In this document: piece by piece, positions 27,960-48,469 of the stretch
How positions within the stretch are numbered: position 1 is the stretch's first letter
Layout of the letters: every line of letters begins with the position of its first letter
Assembly (NCBI RefSeq): GCF_028368995.1
Contig: NZ_JAQNDL010000003.1
Location: 1,152,001-1,216,000, forward strand
DNA: 64,000 nucleotides
Direction of reading: 5' to 3'
Origin: Nannocystis bainbridge
GTDB taxonomy: Bacteria > Myxococcota_A > Polyangia > Nannocystales > Nannocystaceae
Notes under the pieces: model-generated
Databases searched by the model: none
The model's input: only the letters and a program-made list of their open reading frames with translations
What the model was told of the DNA's origin: nothing
Made by a program: the position numbers and the translations under genes

Positions 27960-27967
<8 letters not shown>
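23768..27967 (+). CDS. NRPS module Cy-A(Ox inserted)-PCP, azole-forming (EpoB-like architecture)
   Basis: FPLTDIQQAYWVGR; Cy motif DLVNMDGGS; QTPQVWLD; A-domain cores; oxidase RRSRRSF..YPSAGSLYPVQTY..GLCPIG between A8 and A9; PCP FFELGATSV. Confidence 0.95.
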
Positions 27968-33902
<5,935 letters not shown>

Positions 33903-33939
33903 CCTATCAACCTGGCCGAGAACCGCGGCTCGCCGCGTT

Positions 33940-34065
33940 ACCTGTCCCGAGAGACACATAACCGTCACCGCACGCACCTGTCCCGAGAGACACATACCGT
34001 CACCGCACGCACCTGTCCCGAGAGACACATACCGTCACCGCACGCACCTGTCCCGAGAGACACAT
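33940..34065. repeat. intergenic 35-bp tandem repeat, ~3.6 copies
   Basis: ACCTGTCCCGAGAGACACATACCGTCACCGCACGC starting at 33940 (1-nt insertion), 33976, 34011 and 34046 (partial); no unique spacers. Confidence 0.95.
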
Positions 34066-34122
34066 CATTCCCCGCGGCGCGGGACCTCGCCGCCTCTCCC
34101 CACGCGACTTCCACGGACCGCC

Positions 34123-38720
<4,598 letters not shown>

Positions 38721-38724
<4 letters not shown>

Positions 38725-39494
38725 CCGTCCGCGACCCCACCGCGCTGTGGTTCCACAGCCCGCGCCCGCACCCCACCGCCCGCCTGCGCCTGTTCTGCTG
38801 CGCCCACGCCGGCGCCGCCGGCCACGTCTTTCACGCCTGGCCCGCCGGCCTCCCGCCCGACATCGAGGTCTGCGCCGTCCAGCTCCCCGGTCGCGCCTTT
38901 CGCCTCGCCGAGCCCGCCTACACCGCCGTCGCGCCGCTCGTCGCTGCCCTCGACGCCGCCGCCGCCCCGCTGCTCGACCGGCCCTTCGCCGTCTTCGGAC
39001 ACAGCATGGGCGCCCTCGTCGCCTTCGAGTGGACCCGCGCCCTCCGGCGCCGCGGCGGCCCGCAGCCCGAGCGCCTGTGCCTGTCCGCCTTCCGCGGCCC
39101 GCACCTCCCCGACCCCGCCAGCCCCTTGCACCCGCTCGCTGACGACGCCTTCGTCACCGCCCTGCAGCAGCGCCACGGCGTCCTCGACGACGCCCTCGCC
39201 GACCCCGAGCTGCGCGCCTTGATGCTCCCCGTCCTGCGCGCCGACTTCACCGTGCTCGAGACCTACGCTCACGCCCGCGAGCCCGCGCTCGACCTCCCGC
39301 TCCACGCCTTTGCCGGCAGCGACGACCGCGGCGTCCCCCCGCGCGACGTCGCCGCCTGGGCGCTGCACGCCGGCCGCGGCTTCAGCCTCGACGTCCTCCC
39401 TGGCGGCCACTTCTTCCTCCACACCGCCCGGGCCGACCTGCTCGCCCGGCTCTCGCGTCTGTTGTCTGCCCCACGCGCTCAGGAGCACCCGTGA
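38721..39494 (+). CDS. free-standing (type II-like) thioesterase
   Basis: LFCCAHAG, VQLPGR, FGHSMGA, LRADF, PGGHFFL; GTGA overlap. Confidence 0.92.
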
Positions 39495-40723
39495 CTGCCA
39501 CCACCGCCGCCCCCGCCATCGCCTTCGACCCGAGCGACCTCGGCTTCATCGCCGACCCGTACCCCACCTATCGCCGGCTGCGCGAGCAGGCCCCCGTCTA
39601 CCGCTGGGAGCCGGCCCGCATCTGGGTCGTCAGTCGCTATCACGACGTCGTCACCGTCCTGCGCGACCGCCGATTCAGCCTCGACGACAGCCACTGGGAG
39701 TTCGCCGCCCCGCCGCCCCCCGGCGCCCTGCCGACGCCCTATCAATCGCTGATGAAGAACAGCCTGTTCCGCCTGCCCGAGGTCGATCACCAGCGGATCC
39801 GCCGGCTCGTCGCGCCCGCCATGAGCCCGCGGACCCTCGTCGGCCTCCAGCGCGACGTCGACGCCGTCGTCGGCGACGCCCTCGCTCGCCTCGCCGGCCG
39901 CGACCAGGTCGACATCGCCCGCGAGTTCTCCGAGCGGATCCCCCTGCGCGTCATCGGTCGCATGCTGCAGATCCCCGAGCGTCACGAGGAGACCTTCCGC
40001 CGGTTCGGCCTCGCCCTCATCGACTCCATCAGCGTCGCCCTCTCGCCCGACGAGTTCGCCGCCACCATCGCCCCGATCCCCGCCGGCCTCGACATGCTCA
40101 ACGAGGTCATCGAGGACCGTCGCCGCGATCACGAGCCGGGCCTGCTCACCGCCTGGATCGAGGCCGAGGAGGCCGGCGAGCGGCTCACCCGCGACGAGCT
40201 CGTCGCCCTCGCCGGCAGCATGATCACCGCCGGCACCGACACCGCCGTCCAGCTCGTCAGCTTCGCCGTGCTCGACCTCCTGCGCCACCCTGACCAGCTC
40301 GCCCGCCTGCGCGCCGACCCTGGCCTCGTGCGCGGCGCGATCGACGAGGTCCTGCGCTTCGACCACTTCGGCAAGGGCGGCGTCCCTCGCTTCCCGATCG
40401 AGGACGTCGAGCTCGGCGGTCAGCTCATTCGCCGCGGCGAGATGGTCATCGCCCTGGTCGGCTCCGCCCTGCGCGACCCCGACGTCTTCCCCGACCCCGA
40501 CCGCCTCGACATCGCTCGCAGCCAGGCCCAGAGCATCGCCTTCGGCAGCGGCCCCCACTTCTGCGCCGGCGCCTCGCTCGGCCGCATGATGAGCCAGACC
40601 GCCGTGCTCTCGCTCGTCACCCGCTACCCCGACCTCGCCCTCGCCGCCCCGCCGACCTTCGAGAGCCACGCCTTCCTGCGCAAGATCAGCAGCCTCCCCG
40701 TCAGCCTCGGCACGCCGGCATGA
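39491..40723 (+). CDS. cytochrome P450
   Basis: DPYPTYRRLRE, I-helix AGTDT, EVLR (ExxR), heme motif FGSGPHFCAG. Confidence 0.95.
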   Translation: MTATTAAPAIAFDPSDLGFIADPYPTYRRLREQAPVYRWEPARIWVVSRYHDVVTVLRDRRFSLDDSHWEFAAPPPPGALPTPYQSLMKNSLFRLPEVDHQRIRRLVAPAMSPRTLVGLQRDVDAVVGDALARLAGRDQVDIAREFSERIPLRVIGRMLQIPERHEETFRRFGLALIDSISVALSPDEFAATIAPIPAGLDMLNEVIEDRRRDHEPGLLTAWIEAEEAGERLTRDELVALAGSMITAGTDTAVQLVSFAVLDLLRHPDQLARLRADPGLVRGAIDEVLRFDHFGKGGVPRFPIEDVELGGQLIRRGEMVIALVGSALRDPDVFPDPDRLDIARSQAQSIAFGSGPHFCAGASLGRMMSQTAVLSLVTRYPDLALAAPPTFESHAFLRKISSLPVSLGTPA

Positions 40724-40962
40724 CCCCGGGGACATGTCCATTCGGACATATCCTTAAAAACTCGCGCAAACCGCCGACGTCTCCGGCCCGCCCTGCGCCG
40801 CCGCAGGCCGGGCGGTGCACGCCGAGCTCCGCGTGGGACCGGCGCTGCCGCGCGCCTCGCAGTCGCGCCGGGCTCCTCGCTGCCACCGACGCCGCCGGGC
40901 GCCATGATGCGCGCGTCCTCGCCACCCACGAATGCAACCGCCCGTGGTATGCCGACGACGCG

Positions 40963-41577
40963 ATGACCGACGACACCGCGTCGAACCTGCTCGCTGATCT
41001 GCTCGCGCACCTCGAGCGCGACGGCGAGGTGCCGCCCGCCTGGCTCGCGCTGCACATCCCGGACGGGTCGCTCACCCGGGCCTGGCACGCGACTGCGGAC
41101 GTGTTGACGCTGGTGCTGGCCGCGATGCGAGCCCATGGCACGACCGCGACCGTGCTGGCCATTTGCGCGGTCGCCCGCGCCGAGCTCGCGCGCATATCAC
41201 CGTCCCTCGTCGGGGCCCGGCTCGCAGGCGCGCTCGAGGCGGCCGAGTCGCTCGTGCGCGGCACCGGCCCGCGAGACGCCGTCGACGAGGCGTTCGGCTG
41301 CCTCCATCCGCAGGAGCTGTGGTGGTCGCACGACCCGAGCCCGAGCGACGAAGCGGAGCGCGTTCAGGCGTTCGGCCTCGGCGTCGGCTTGCTGGTGTGG
41401 TTCGTCCTCGACGTCGAAGCGGGCGAGGTGACCCCGGCAGAGGCCGCGACCTCGCTCGACGAGAGCGACCACGATTCATACTTCCTCGAGACCGCGCAGG
41501 AGCTGCTGCCCTCGCTGCGCGCCGCGCTGCCGTGCCCGACGCTCGCCCGGCTGCGCGCGGCGTACGAACACGACTGA
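40963..41577 (+). CDS. hypothetical protein
   Basis: Coding-like helical ORF from ATG 40963; no motif recognised. Confidence 0.55.
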   Translation: MTDDTASNLLADLLAHLERDGEVPPAWLALHIPDGSLTRAWHATADVLTLVLAAMRAHGTTATVLAICAVARAELARISPSLVGARLAGALEAAESLVRGTGPRDAVDEAFGCLHPQELWWSHDPSPSDEAERVQAFGLGVGLLVWFVLDVEAGEVTPAEAATSLDESDHDSYFLETAQELLPSLRAALPCPTLARLRAAYEHD

Positions 41578-41662
41578 GAGCGTCCGGCGCCACATGCCCT
41601 TGCGACAGCGCCGCCGCCGCATCGCCGTTCAGCAATGCGGCGACGGCACCCTCGTCACCGGA

Positions 41663-42325
41663 TCAGAAGCCGGAGCTTTTCAGCGACTCCACCGGCGTGT
41701 TGAGCAACTGCTGCTCCCACAGGAACGCGATACCGCTCCCCGCCGCGTGCTCCTTGAGCACCTCCACGAACTCGGCGGTGTGTTCGGTACGCGCATGGTC
41801 GCGCAGCCATTCGGATGCCAGCGCCAGCCACGTCATCACGTTGGCGCCGGCGGCGATCATGCGCTGGATGGCGACCTCATGCGCCTCGAGCGAGACACCG
41901 CCGCAGGCATCGGTGATCACCGTCACGTCCCAACCGTCGCCGAGAGCGTGGATCACGGGCATCGCCACGCAGATCTCGGTGTAGAGGCCGGCGATGACCA
42001 ACTGCTTGCGGCCCGTCGCCTTGACGATGTCGACGACCTTCTTGTCTTCCCAGGTGTTGAGCGTGGTGCGATCGATCACCTTCTCGTCGGGGAAGACATC
42101 GGTGATCTGCGGAAAGATGAACCCGCCCCGATCGGCGATGACGCTGGTGATGATGGTCGGGACGCGAAACGCCCTGGCGGTCTTCGTCAGCGCCGCCACG
42201 TTGTTGACCACGACTTGCGGGACGTGGCTGTTGAGATTCGCGAGCTGGAAGGGCTGGTGATCGATCAGGACGAGCACGGAATCTTCGGGGCGAAGCAGCG
42301 AGTCGAGGCCGTTGCGAAAGCTCAT
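41663..42325 (-). CDS. isochorismatase/cysteine hydrolase family (YcaC-like)
   Basis: LVLIDHQP, IDRTTLNTWED, AGLYTEICV, VITDACGG. Confidence 0.9.
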   Translation of the reverse strand: MSFRNGLDSLLRPEDSVLVLIDHQPFQLANLNSHVPQVVVNNVAALTKTARAFRVPTIITSVIADRGGFIFPQITDVFPDEKVIDRTTLNTWEDKKVVDIVKATGRKQLVIAGLYTEICVAMPVIHALGDGWDVTVITDACGGVSLEAHEVAIQRMIAAGANVMTWLALASEWLRDHARTEHTAEFVEVLKEHAAGSGIAFLWEQQLLNTPVESLKSSGF

Positions 42326-42472
42326 GGTGATCCTCTGAGGTCGTTGAAAAGGGGCTGTTTGCCGGGTGGCAGGCAATGGCATCAGCGTTGCCTCGAAGAA
42401 CATTGACAGTCCGACTTTTGATACGCTAGCCTCGTTTCGACCTACTCTGTGTCGCAGATCGGGGAACGCCAG

Positions 42473-43369
42473 ATGGATATCGAGGAGCTGAAGACCTTCG
42501 TGGAAGTCGCCGACGCCGGAGGCATCACCTCGGCGGCCCGCAGGCTCGGCGTGGCCAAGGCCATCGTCAGCCGGCGGCTCATCCGGCTCGAGGCAGACCT
42601 CGGCGTGCAGTTGCTGGCGCGGACCACGCGAGGCGCGTCGCTGACGGAGGCGGGCGCGACATTTCGCGACTACGCCGCGAAGGTGGTCGCCGAGATCGAC
42701 ATCGCGCGCGAGACCATCCTGCCCAGCGGCGAACTGCGCGGCCGCCTGCGGATCGCCGCGCCGCTCTCGTTCGGCCCGACGCATTTCGCACCGGTGCTCG
42801 CCGAGTTGGCGCGACGACACCCGGCCCTGCACGTCCACGCGTGTTACAGCGATCAGTTCGTCGACCTGATCGACGAGGGGTACGATTGCGCGATCCGTGT
42901 CGGTCGGCTGCCGCCCTCGACGCTGCTCGCGCAACGCGTCGGACCGATCTACGCCACGCTGGTCGCGAGCCCGGACTACATCGTGGCGAACGGGATGCCC
43001 GAGACGCTGGAGGACCTCCCCGACCACGAGGCCATCCTGCAGGGCACGGAATCATGGTACTTCAGGGACGGTGAGCAGACGATCGCGGTCAAGCCCCAGG
43101 GCAGGGTCAAGGCCGACAACGGCGTCGCTATCGCAGCCGCGGTGCTCGCGGGTCTCGGCATTGCCATGCTGCCGGACAGGCTGATCGCCGAGCATCTGGC
43201 ATCCGGCGCGCTCGTCCCGGTGCTGACGCGCTATCCGCCGCCCGAGTTCGGCATCTTCGTCGTGCGTCCGCCGGCGCAGCATCCTGCGCGCAAGGTCCGG
43301 GTGCTGACCGAGCTCCTGATCGAGCGCTGCGGAACCGCGCCGCACGTCTCGGGCACGGCGCCAGGTTGA
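42473..43369 (+). CDS. LysR family transcriptional regulator (CrgA/DmlR-like)
   Basis: HTH FVEVADAGGITSAARRLG..VSRRLIRLEADLGVQLLARTTR; divergent from the hydrolase. Confidence 0.95.
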   Translation: MDIEELKTFVEVADAGGITSAARRLGVAKAIVSRRLIRLEADLGVQLLARTTRGASLTEAGATFRDYAAKVVAEIDIARETILPSGELRGRLRIAAPLSFGPTHFAPVLAELARRHPALHVHACYSDQFVDLIDEGYDCAIRVGRLPPSTLLAQRVGPIYATLVASPDYIVANGMPETLEDLPDHEAILQGTESWYFRDGEQTIAVKPQGRVKADNGVAIAAAVLAGLGIAMLPDRLIAEHLASGALVPVLTRYPPPEFGIFVVRPPAQHPARKVRVLTELLIERCGTAPHVSGTAPG

Positions 43370-43662
43370 ACGCACCGGCAGCGAGTACGGAAGTCGCCGG
43401 ATTCGGGCCCGCAGGGGAGCCTAAATGGTGCCAGTCGTCGGGACCTCGCTCCGCTATCGTCGCAGCACGACCTCGTCGGTCCTGCCGGTCGCGCCGCGCA
43501 GGTCGGCGCCGGGGTGGTCGATGATGTCTGCCCGGACTGCGGCGCCGCGATCGATCTCAACGTCCGAGCAATCGATGCTCCCCCTGGCCTCTCGGTGAAC
43601 CCCACGCTGCCCCGGCGGAGCAGAGCCCCCGCACCGCCGCCGCCGGGTGCTTCGCCGGCCGC

Positions 43663-45033
43663 TCACTTCGGGCAGGGCGGATCCGTCGGACACGAGTCGT
43701 TCAGCGGCTGGGGAAATGTCTGCAGGCAGCGCGCGACACCGACGAAGGTGTTGGTAACGGTGAAGTCGAGCGGATCGCCGACCCAGCCGCGCACCACCCC
43801 GTCGCGGGCGCTGTGCTCGATGCGGCTGCTCGTGAGGAACACCGAGGCCGGCTGCTGGCCATAGAACACCACCGCGCCCTCGTTGGAGAAGGTGTCGCCC
43901 GACAGCCCGCAGTCGTAGCTGGAGATCCCCGAGACGCCGCCGGCGTAGGCGATCGTCGTGTGCTCGATGCGATTGTCGGCGGACGGTGTGCCCTTGAAGG
44001 TGATGCCCACCCAGTCGCCGGGCGCCGGCGCATCGGCCCCCGAGGTGATCACGATCGGCTTCTCCGCGGTGCCGAGCGCGCGCAAGCTGCCGGTGGCGGC
44101 TTCTTCGGTGACGTAAGCCTGCACCAGCAGCCGCGAGCCCGGCTGGAAGCGCAGCTGCACGCCCGGCTCGATGGACAAGCTGCCGGGCGTGCGATCGTCG
44201 CCGCTGCTGCCGACCACCATCATACCGGTGACCATATGATAGGGCACGCCGCGATCGTGAAGGGTGGCCTCACCGACGATCTGCGAGTTGCCGAAGCCCT
44301 CGTCGATCAGGATCTCGTCGTCCTGGTTGCCGGTGTATTGACCGCTCGGCACGCTGCTCGCGGCGCGTTGCCACAGGCGCAGCGGCGCCGAGCCGCTGCC
44401 GGTGACGGTGAGCTCGCTCGAGTCGTCGCTGAACGTGGCGTTCTGGCTCAGCAAGGCGCCGAGAGAGGCCGAATCTTCGATGGTCACGTGCTGCACGCTC
44501 GCCAGCGGCATCAGCCCCTGGGGCGAGCGCGGATCGCCGACCAGGACCAGGGTGCCGGTCTCGTCGATGCGCGAGTTGCCGAGCGCGCCGCCGCCCCGCA
44601 GCGTGGCGTGGGCCAGGCGCATACGGCCCGTCTCGGCGACGCGCAGGCTGTCCCAGGCCGCGGCCCCGGCCCGCTCGAAGACGATGGGTTTGTCGGCGGC
44701 GCCCTCGGCGATCAGCTCGCCTTCGATCTGCATGCCGACGCGATCGCCGAAGCGCACCACCGCGCAGGGCTCGATGGTCAGTCGCTGCCCCTCCGAGATG
44801 ATCGGCGGAAAATCCACGATGTGGGGGCTTGCGGCCGCGGTCCACACCGTGTCGTCGGACTCGAGCGCGGCGGTCGCGTGCACGGTGCCCTCACCGCTCG
44901 GGACACCGCACGTCTCGGGGACGTCGGTCGCGGTGTCGGTGCCAGGATCGGCCCCTTCTCCGCCCTCGCAGGCGACCACGGCAGCGGCGCAGAACAGGAG
45001 AGCGGACCCTGGCAACGAGCGAATTGACGGCAT
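43663..45033 (-). CDS. lipoprotein with parallel beta-helix-like repeats
   Basis: Lipobox VVAC; repeated LTIEPxxVVRF / G.A.KPIV..../ PGDWVGI motifs. Confidence 0.7.
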   Translation of the reverse strand: MPSIRSLPGSALLFCAAAVVACEGGEGADPGTDTATDVPETCGVPSGEGTVHATAALESDDTVWTAAASPHIVDFPPIISEGQRLTIEPCAVVRFGDRVGMQIEGELIAEGAADKPIVFERAGAAAWDSLRVAETGRMRLAHATLRGGGALGNSRIDETGTLVLVGDPRSPQGLMPLASVQHVTIEDSASLGALLSQNATFSDDSSELTVTGSGSAPLRLWQRAASSVPSGQYTGNQDDEILIDEGFGNSQIVGEATLHDRGVPYHMVTGMMVVGSSGDDRTPGSLSIEPGVQLRFQPGSRLLVQAYVTEEAATGSLRALGTAEKPIVITSGADAPAPGDWVGITFKGTPSADNRIEHTTIAYAGGVSGISSYDCGLSGDTFSNEGAVVFYGQQPASVFLTSSRIEHSARDGVVRGWVGDPLDFTVTNTFVGVARCLQTFPQPLNDSCPTDPPCPK

Positions 45034-45175
45034 GAAGCTCCTGGGCGGCGCGCGAGGATGCACCCCGAAAAGACTCGCCGCCCGCACGCCATGCTCCAAG
45101 GTTTTGTGCAGCTCCGCCATACTCCGAACACCCGGCGCATTGACCCTTCGGCGTCACTTTTTCCGGAGACCGAGC

Positions 45176-46474
45176 ATGTTCACCCGCCCCCCCACGAGCC
45201 GCCCCCCGCTCGTCACCGGCAAGGCCGCCATCGATCTCGTCGAGGCCGCCTACCAGCTCGACGGCACGGAGACCGAGTGGCTCGCGGCCGTGACCGCGCG
45301 CGCCCAACCCGACCTCGACGTGGGCGCGGGGTTGTACGCATTCACCGGTGACAGCACCGCTCCGGACTACGCGCGCAGCCCGGTGTTCGCCGCGCGGGCG
45401 CTCTCGCCAGAGTTCCAGGCGCGCCTGCTCGAGCTCAACGAGACCGCCCCAGACGCCATCTTCGAGCTGCTGCGCAAGCGACTGGTGACCTGCGGCGGGC
45501 TTGAGCAGGTCCTCGGCCGCGGCTCACCGGTGGTCGAGCATTTCCGCCGTGTGATGGCGCGCGCGGGCATTTCCGACGGATTCTGCATGTTCGCCCAGGA
45601 CACCGAGGGCGGCAGCGTCACCCTGTCGGCGCCGTCCGCCGCGGTCGTGGCCCCGTCGCCGCGCGTGCGGGGGATCTGGCAGCGCGTGGGCTTGCATCTG
45701 GTGGCGGGGTTGCGCTTGCGACGCAAACTGGCGGCGCGCGTGATGGGTCGCGACGCCTTGCTGTCGCCGGCGGGGCGGGTCGAGGACGCCAGCGCCGAGG
45801 TCGCGGCCGATGGCGACGCACGCCGCGCGCTCACCGAAGCGGTGCAGGCCATGGACCGCGCGCGCAGCGTCGAGTTGCGCGGCTCCCCCGAGCGCGCCCT
45901 CGACCTCTGGCGCGGCCTGGTCGCCGGCCGCTGGTCGCTCGTGGAGCACTGGGAGCGAGACGGCCGCCGTTACCTGGCCGCCTACGCCAACCGCCCCGGC
46001 GTGCTCGACCCGCGCGCGCTGACCTCGACCGAGCAGAGCGTGCTCCGCCACCTGGCGCTGGGCGCTACCAACAAACAAGCCAGCTATGCGCTCGGCCTGC
46101 CGGAGAAGACCGTGTCGTCGTGCGTGACGCAGATCCTCAAGAAGCTGCGCGTCCGTTCGCGGGTGGAGCTGGCCGCCCTGCTCCAGGCCCGCAGCGCCGG
46201 GTCGCTCGACGTGGCCTTCGCCGAGGACCGGCTGCGGGTGCTGGCAGTCGACGTGAGCGTCGCCGACCCCGACTCGGTGCTCACCCCCTCCGAACGCGAG
46301 GTCGCCACCGGCGTCGCCCGTGGTCTCCGCAACGCCCAAATCGCCAGCGCGCGCGGCGTGGCGCCGAGCACCGTGGCCAAGCAGCTACAGACCATCTACG
46401 CCAAGCTCGGCGTCGACAACCGCAGCCAGCTCGCCCGCCACCTCACCCGCCACAATGGGCTGACGCGGGGGTGA
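45176..46474 (+). CDS. transcriptional regulator with two C-terminal LuxR-type HTH domains
   Basis: LTSTEQSVLRHLALGATNKQAS..LRVRSRVEL and LTPSEREVATGVARGLRNAQIA..IYAKLGVDNRSQL; GGAG RBS. Confidence 0.88.
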   Translation: MFTRPPTSRPPLVTGKAAIDLVEAAYQLDGTETEWLAAVTARAQPDLDVGAGLYAFTGDSTAPDYARSPVFAARALSPEFQARLLELNETAPDAIFELLRKRLVTCGGLEQVLGRGSPVVEHFRRVMARAGISDGFCMFAQDTEGGSVTLSAPSAAVVAPSPRVRGIWQRVGLHLVAGLRLRRKLAARVMGRDALLSPAGRVEDASAEVAADGDARRALTEAVQAMDRARSVELRGSPERALDLWRGLVAGRWSLVEHWERDGRRYLAAYANRPGVLDPRALTSTEQSVLRHLALGATNKQASYALGLPEKTVSSCVTQILKKLRVRSRVELAALLQARSAGSLDVAFAEDRLRVLAVDVSVADPDSVLTPSEREVATGVARGLRNAQIASARGVAPSTVAKQLQTIYAKLGVDNRSQLARHLTRHNGLTRG

Positions 46475-46825
46475 GCGCATCGCGTCCCTGCGCCGCGGGC
46501 TCGGCGTGCAGGAGCACTATGCACAATCGGCATGGTCGATTGCTAATGATGTGTTCAGCCCCACAGACTTCGTCTGGATTGCGCTGACATCTCCTCGATC
46601 CGCGAATCCTTACTGCGCAAGATCTCGAAGTCGTCATCGCGCGCGGGCTCGAACACGGCGACCCGACCCGAGCTGCAGGCGATGGCGGCCCGCTCGCCGC
46701 GGAGGTTGACGCTGCCGCGAACGTGGCCAGCTCGCGCCCCCACCCAGGCCGCGCGCGACCGGATGCCGCATCGGGTGGTGTCGCTTCGGTGCTCATCCGG
46801 ACAACGACCCCAGGCCTCGCGGCCA

Positions 46826-47290
46826 TCAGCGCCTCCGGCCCACCCACAGCGCGAGGCCGAGCGAGGGCAAGGCCAGCAGATCGCTCGGATCTCGCACCAG
46901 CGCGACAGGCCCGAGCGCCGGCAGCCCCCTGCCCAGCGCCAGCGCCAGCCCTGCGTCGAGCGGCAGCCGCACCAGCCCCATGGCCCACGCCACGGCGATG
47001 TTCGCCGGCGGCCAGGTCTTGGCCAGCGCAAAGACCAGGCCCGTGAGCACCGCCAGCGCCCGCAGCCTCCGCGGCGAGGGCCCGCGGTAGCGCCCCGCCT
47101 GGCGCAGCCCGAGCTCGATCCATGCGTCGAGCAGCAGCGGCGTGAAGATCAGCCCGGCGAAATCGGACAGCTTGCCCGTCGCAAAGCCTGGGTACGCACG
47201 CTTCGCCCAGTGATCGTTGAGCAGCAACACCGCGACCGAGGCGAGCGCCGCGGGATGCAGCAACCCCTCGCCCGCTCGCCCCAGCCTCAC
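46826..47290 (-). CDS. small membrane protein
   Basis: LLLNDHWAK..GKLSDFAGL and a terminal DPSDLLAL motif, hydrophobic segments; GTG start overlapping the upstream stop. Confidence 0.7.
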   Translation of the reverse strand: MRLGRAGEGLLHPAALASVAVLLLNDHWAKRAYPGFATGKLSDFAGLIFTPLLLDAWIELGLRQAGRYRGPSPRRLRALAVLTGLVFALAKTWPPANIAVAWAMGLVRLPLDAGLALALGRGLPALGPVALVRDPSDLLALPSLGLALWVGRRR

Positions 47291-47871
47291 GGCGTGGGAT
47301 CCACGCGCACCGTGATCCCCGCCCCCGGAGGCACGACAGTGCCGTCGCCCCTCAGCCACGCAGACACCGTCGGCTCGACACGTACTGTGCCGCCGACCCC
47401 CTCGGCGCTCAGCGTGAAGCGCAGCTCGCAGGGACCTTCCGGTGGACACTTGGGCGAGTAAACCGTGGTGCTCACGGACACCTGATCGGTGGGCCCCGTG
47501 GACGACGCCGGCGCATCGGCGGCTTGCCCCGCCGGCGACTGGAGCGACAGGCGTACCTGCCCCGCGCCGCCTGATGTCGGCGTTTTTGTCGTCACGCGGA
47601 CCGTCACCAGCCAGTCGGAGATCGACTCACCCGGCGCCGTCGCATGCGCCACCGCAACCACGATGTTCGCCGACTTGCTCGACGATGGCGCCACCTCCAT
47701 CGGCGCCCCGGTGGCCGATGAATCCAGGTGCCAGCGCGGCTTCGATGTCGCCATGACCGACACGGAGGCGACCAGCAGCGCCGCGAACGTGGCCAGCTGG
47801 CGTGCCCTCGAAGGCCGCGCACGGCCAGTCTCCGCCTCGCACGGTGTCGCTGCGGTGTTCATCTCGGCCAC
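47287..47871 (-). CDS. hypothetical exported protein
   Basis: Hydrophobic segment ending VMATS followed by a beta-rich domain; coupled to the downstream membrane gene. Confidence 0.6.
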   Translation of the reverse strand: MAEMNTAATPCEAETGRARPSRARQLATFAALLVASVSVMATSKPRWHLDSSATGAPMEVAPSSSKSANIVVAVAHATAPGESISDWLVTVRVTTKTPTSGGAGQVRLSLQSPAGQAADAPASSTGPTDQVSVSTTVYSPKCPPEGPCELRFTLSAEGVGGTVRVEPTVSAWLRGDGTVVPPGAGITVRVDPTP

Positions 47872-48284
47872 GATACCTCAGCGCCGCCGGCCCACCCACA
47901 GCGCGAGTCCGAGCGAGTGCTTGATGTCGGCCTCGACGGAACCGACGATCTGGAAGGTCTGCTCCTCACCAGTGTCGTCATGGCCGAGCTTCACCGTTGC
48001 GCCGAACTGGCTCTTCCTCCCGGACATGAGCCAGCCTTAGCAGGCTTCGAGCGTCGCCTCAACCCGCCAGCGCTCGCTCGCGGGCGTTGTGCTCCTCGAT
48101 CTCGCGCCGCTTCTGCGGGAAGGCGTCGCGCTCGGCCCCGACGTGATCACTCGTGCCCGTCGCCGAAGACAGCGCGTCCGTCGAGGTCGAGGTACAGGCC
48201 CGTCCGCGGGTCGCCGAGCCGCCGCGCTCTCGACCAGTCTTCGCGGGTGCCCTTGCGGACGAACGCGCCGGTGAGCTCGCGGTG

Positions 48285-48365
48285 GGACGGCGGGGCGATC
48301 GACGCCCACACGGACGTGTTCGCGTTCTGCGTCACCGCGTGGGAGAGCTCCCACGGCGAGCGCCC
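48285..48365 (+). pseudogene. possible short fragment of a Ser/Thr kinase gene
   Basis: Translates as AIDAHTDVFAFCVTAWE, resembling kinase subdomain IX of the window's kinases (SDQYSFCVALYE, SDQFSFCVALFE), with no surrounding kinase ORF. Confidence 0.4.
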
Positions 48366-48469
48366 CGATTTTGTCACGCTCTCGGCAGTTCGAGACAACC
48401 CCTCGACTTCGGGCTCGCAGGGGGTCCAGGACGCCCCCCGCTGCGGGAGCGTCGGCCTGCCGCGGACTA

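Noticed and set aside
33940-34065. Possible CRISPR array (35-bp period, internal dyad)
   Set aside because: Units are head-to-tail and essentially identical with no unique spacers; no cas genes in the window
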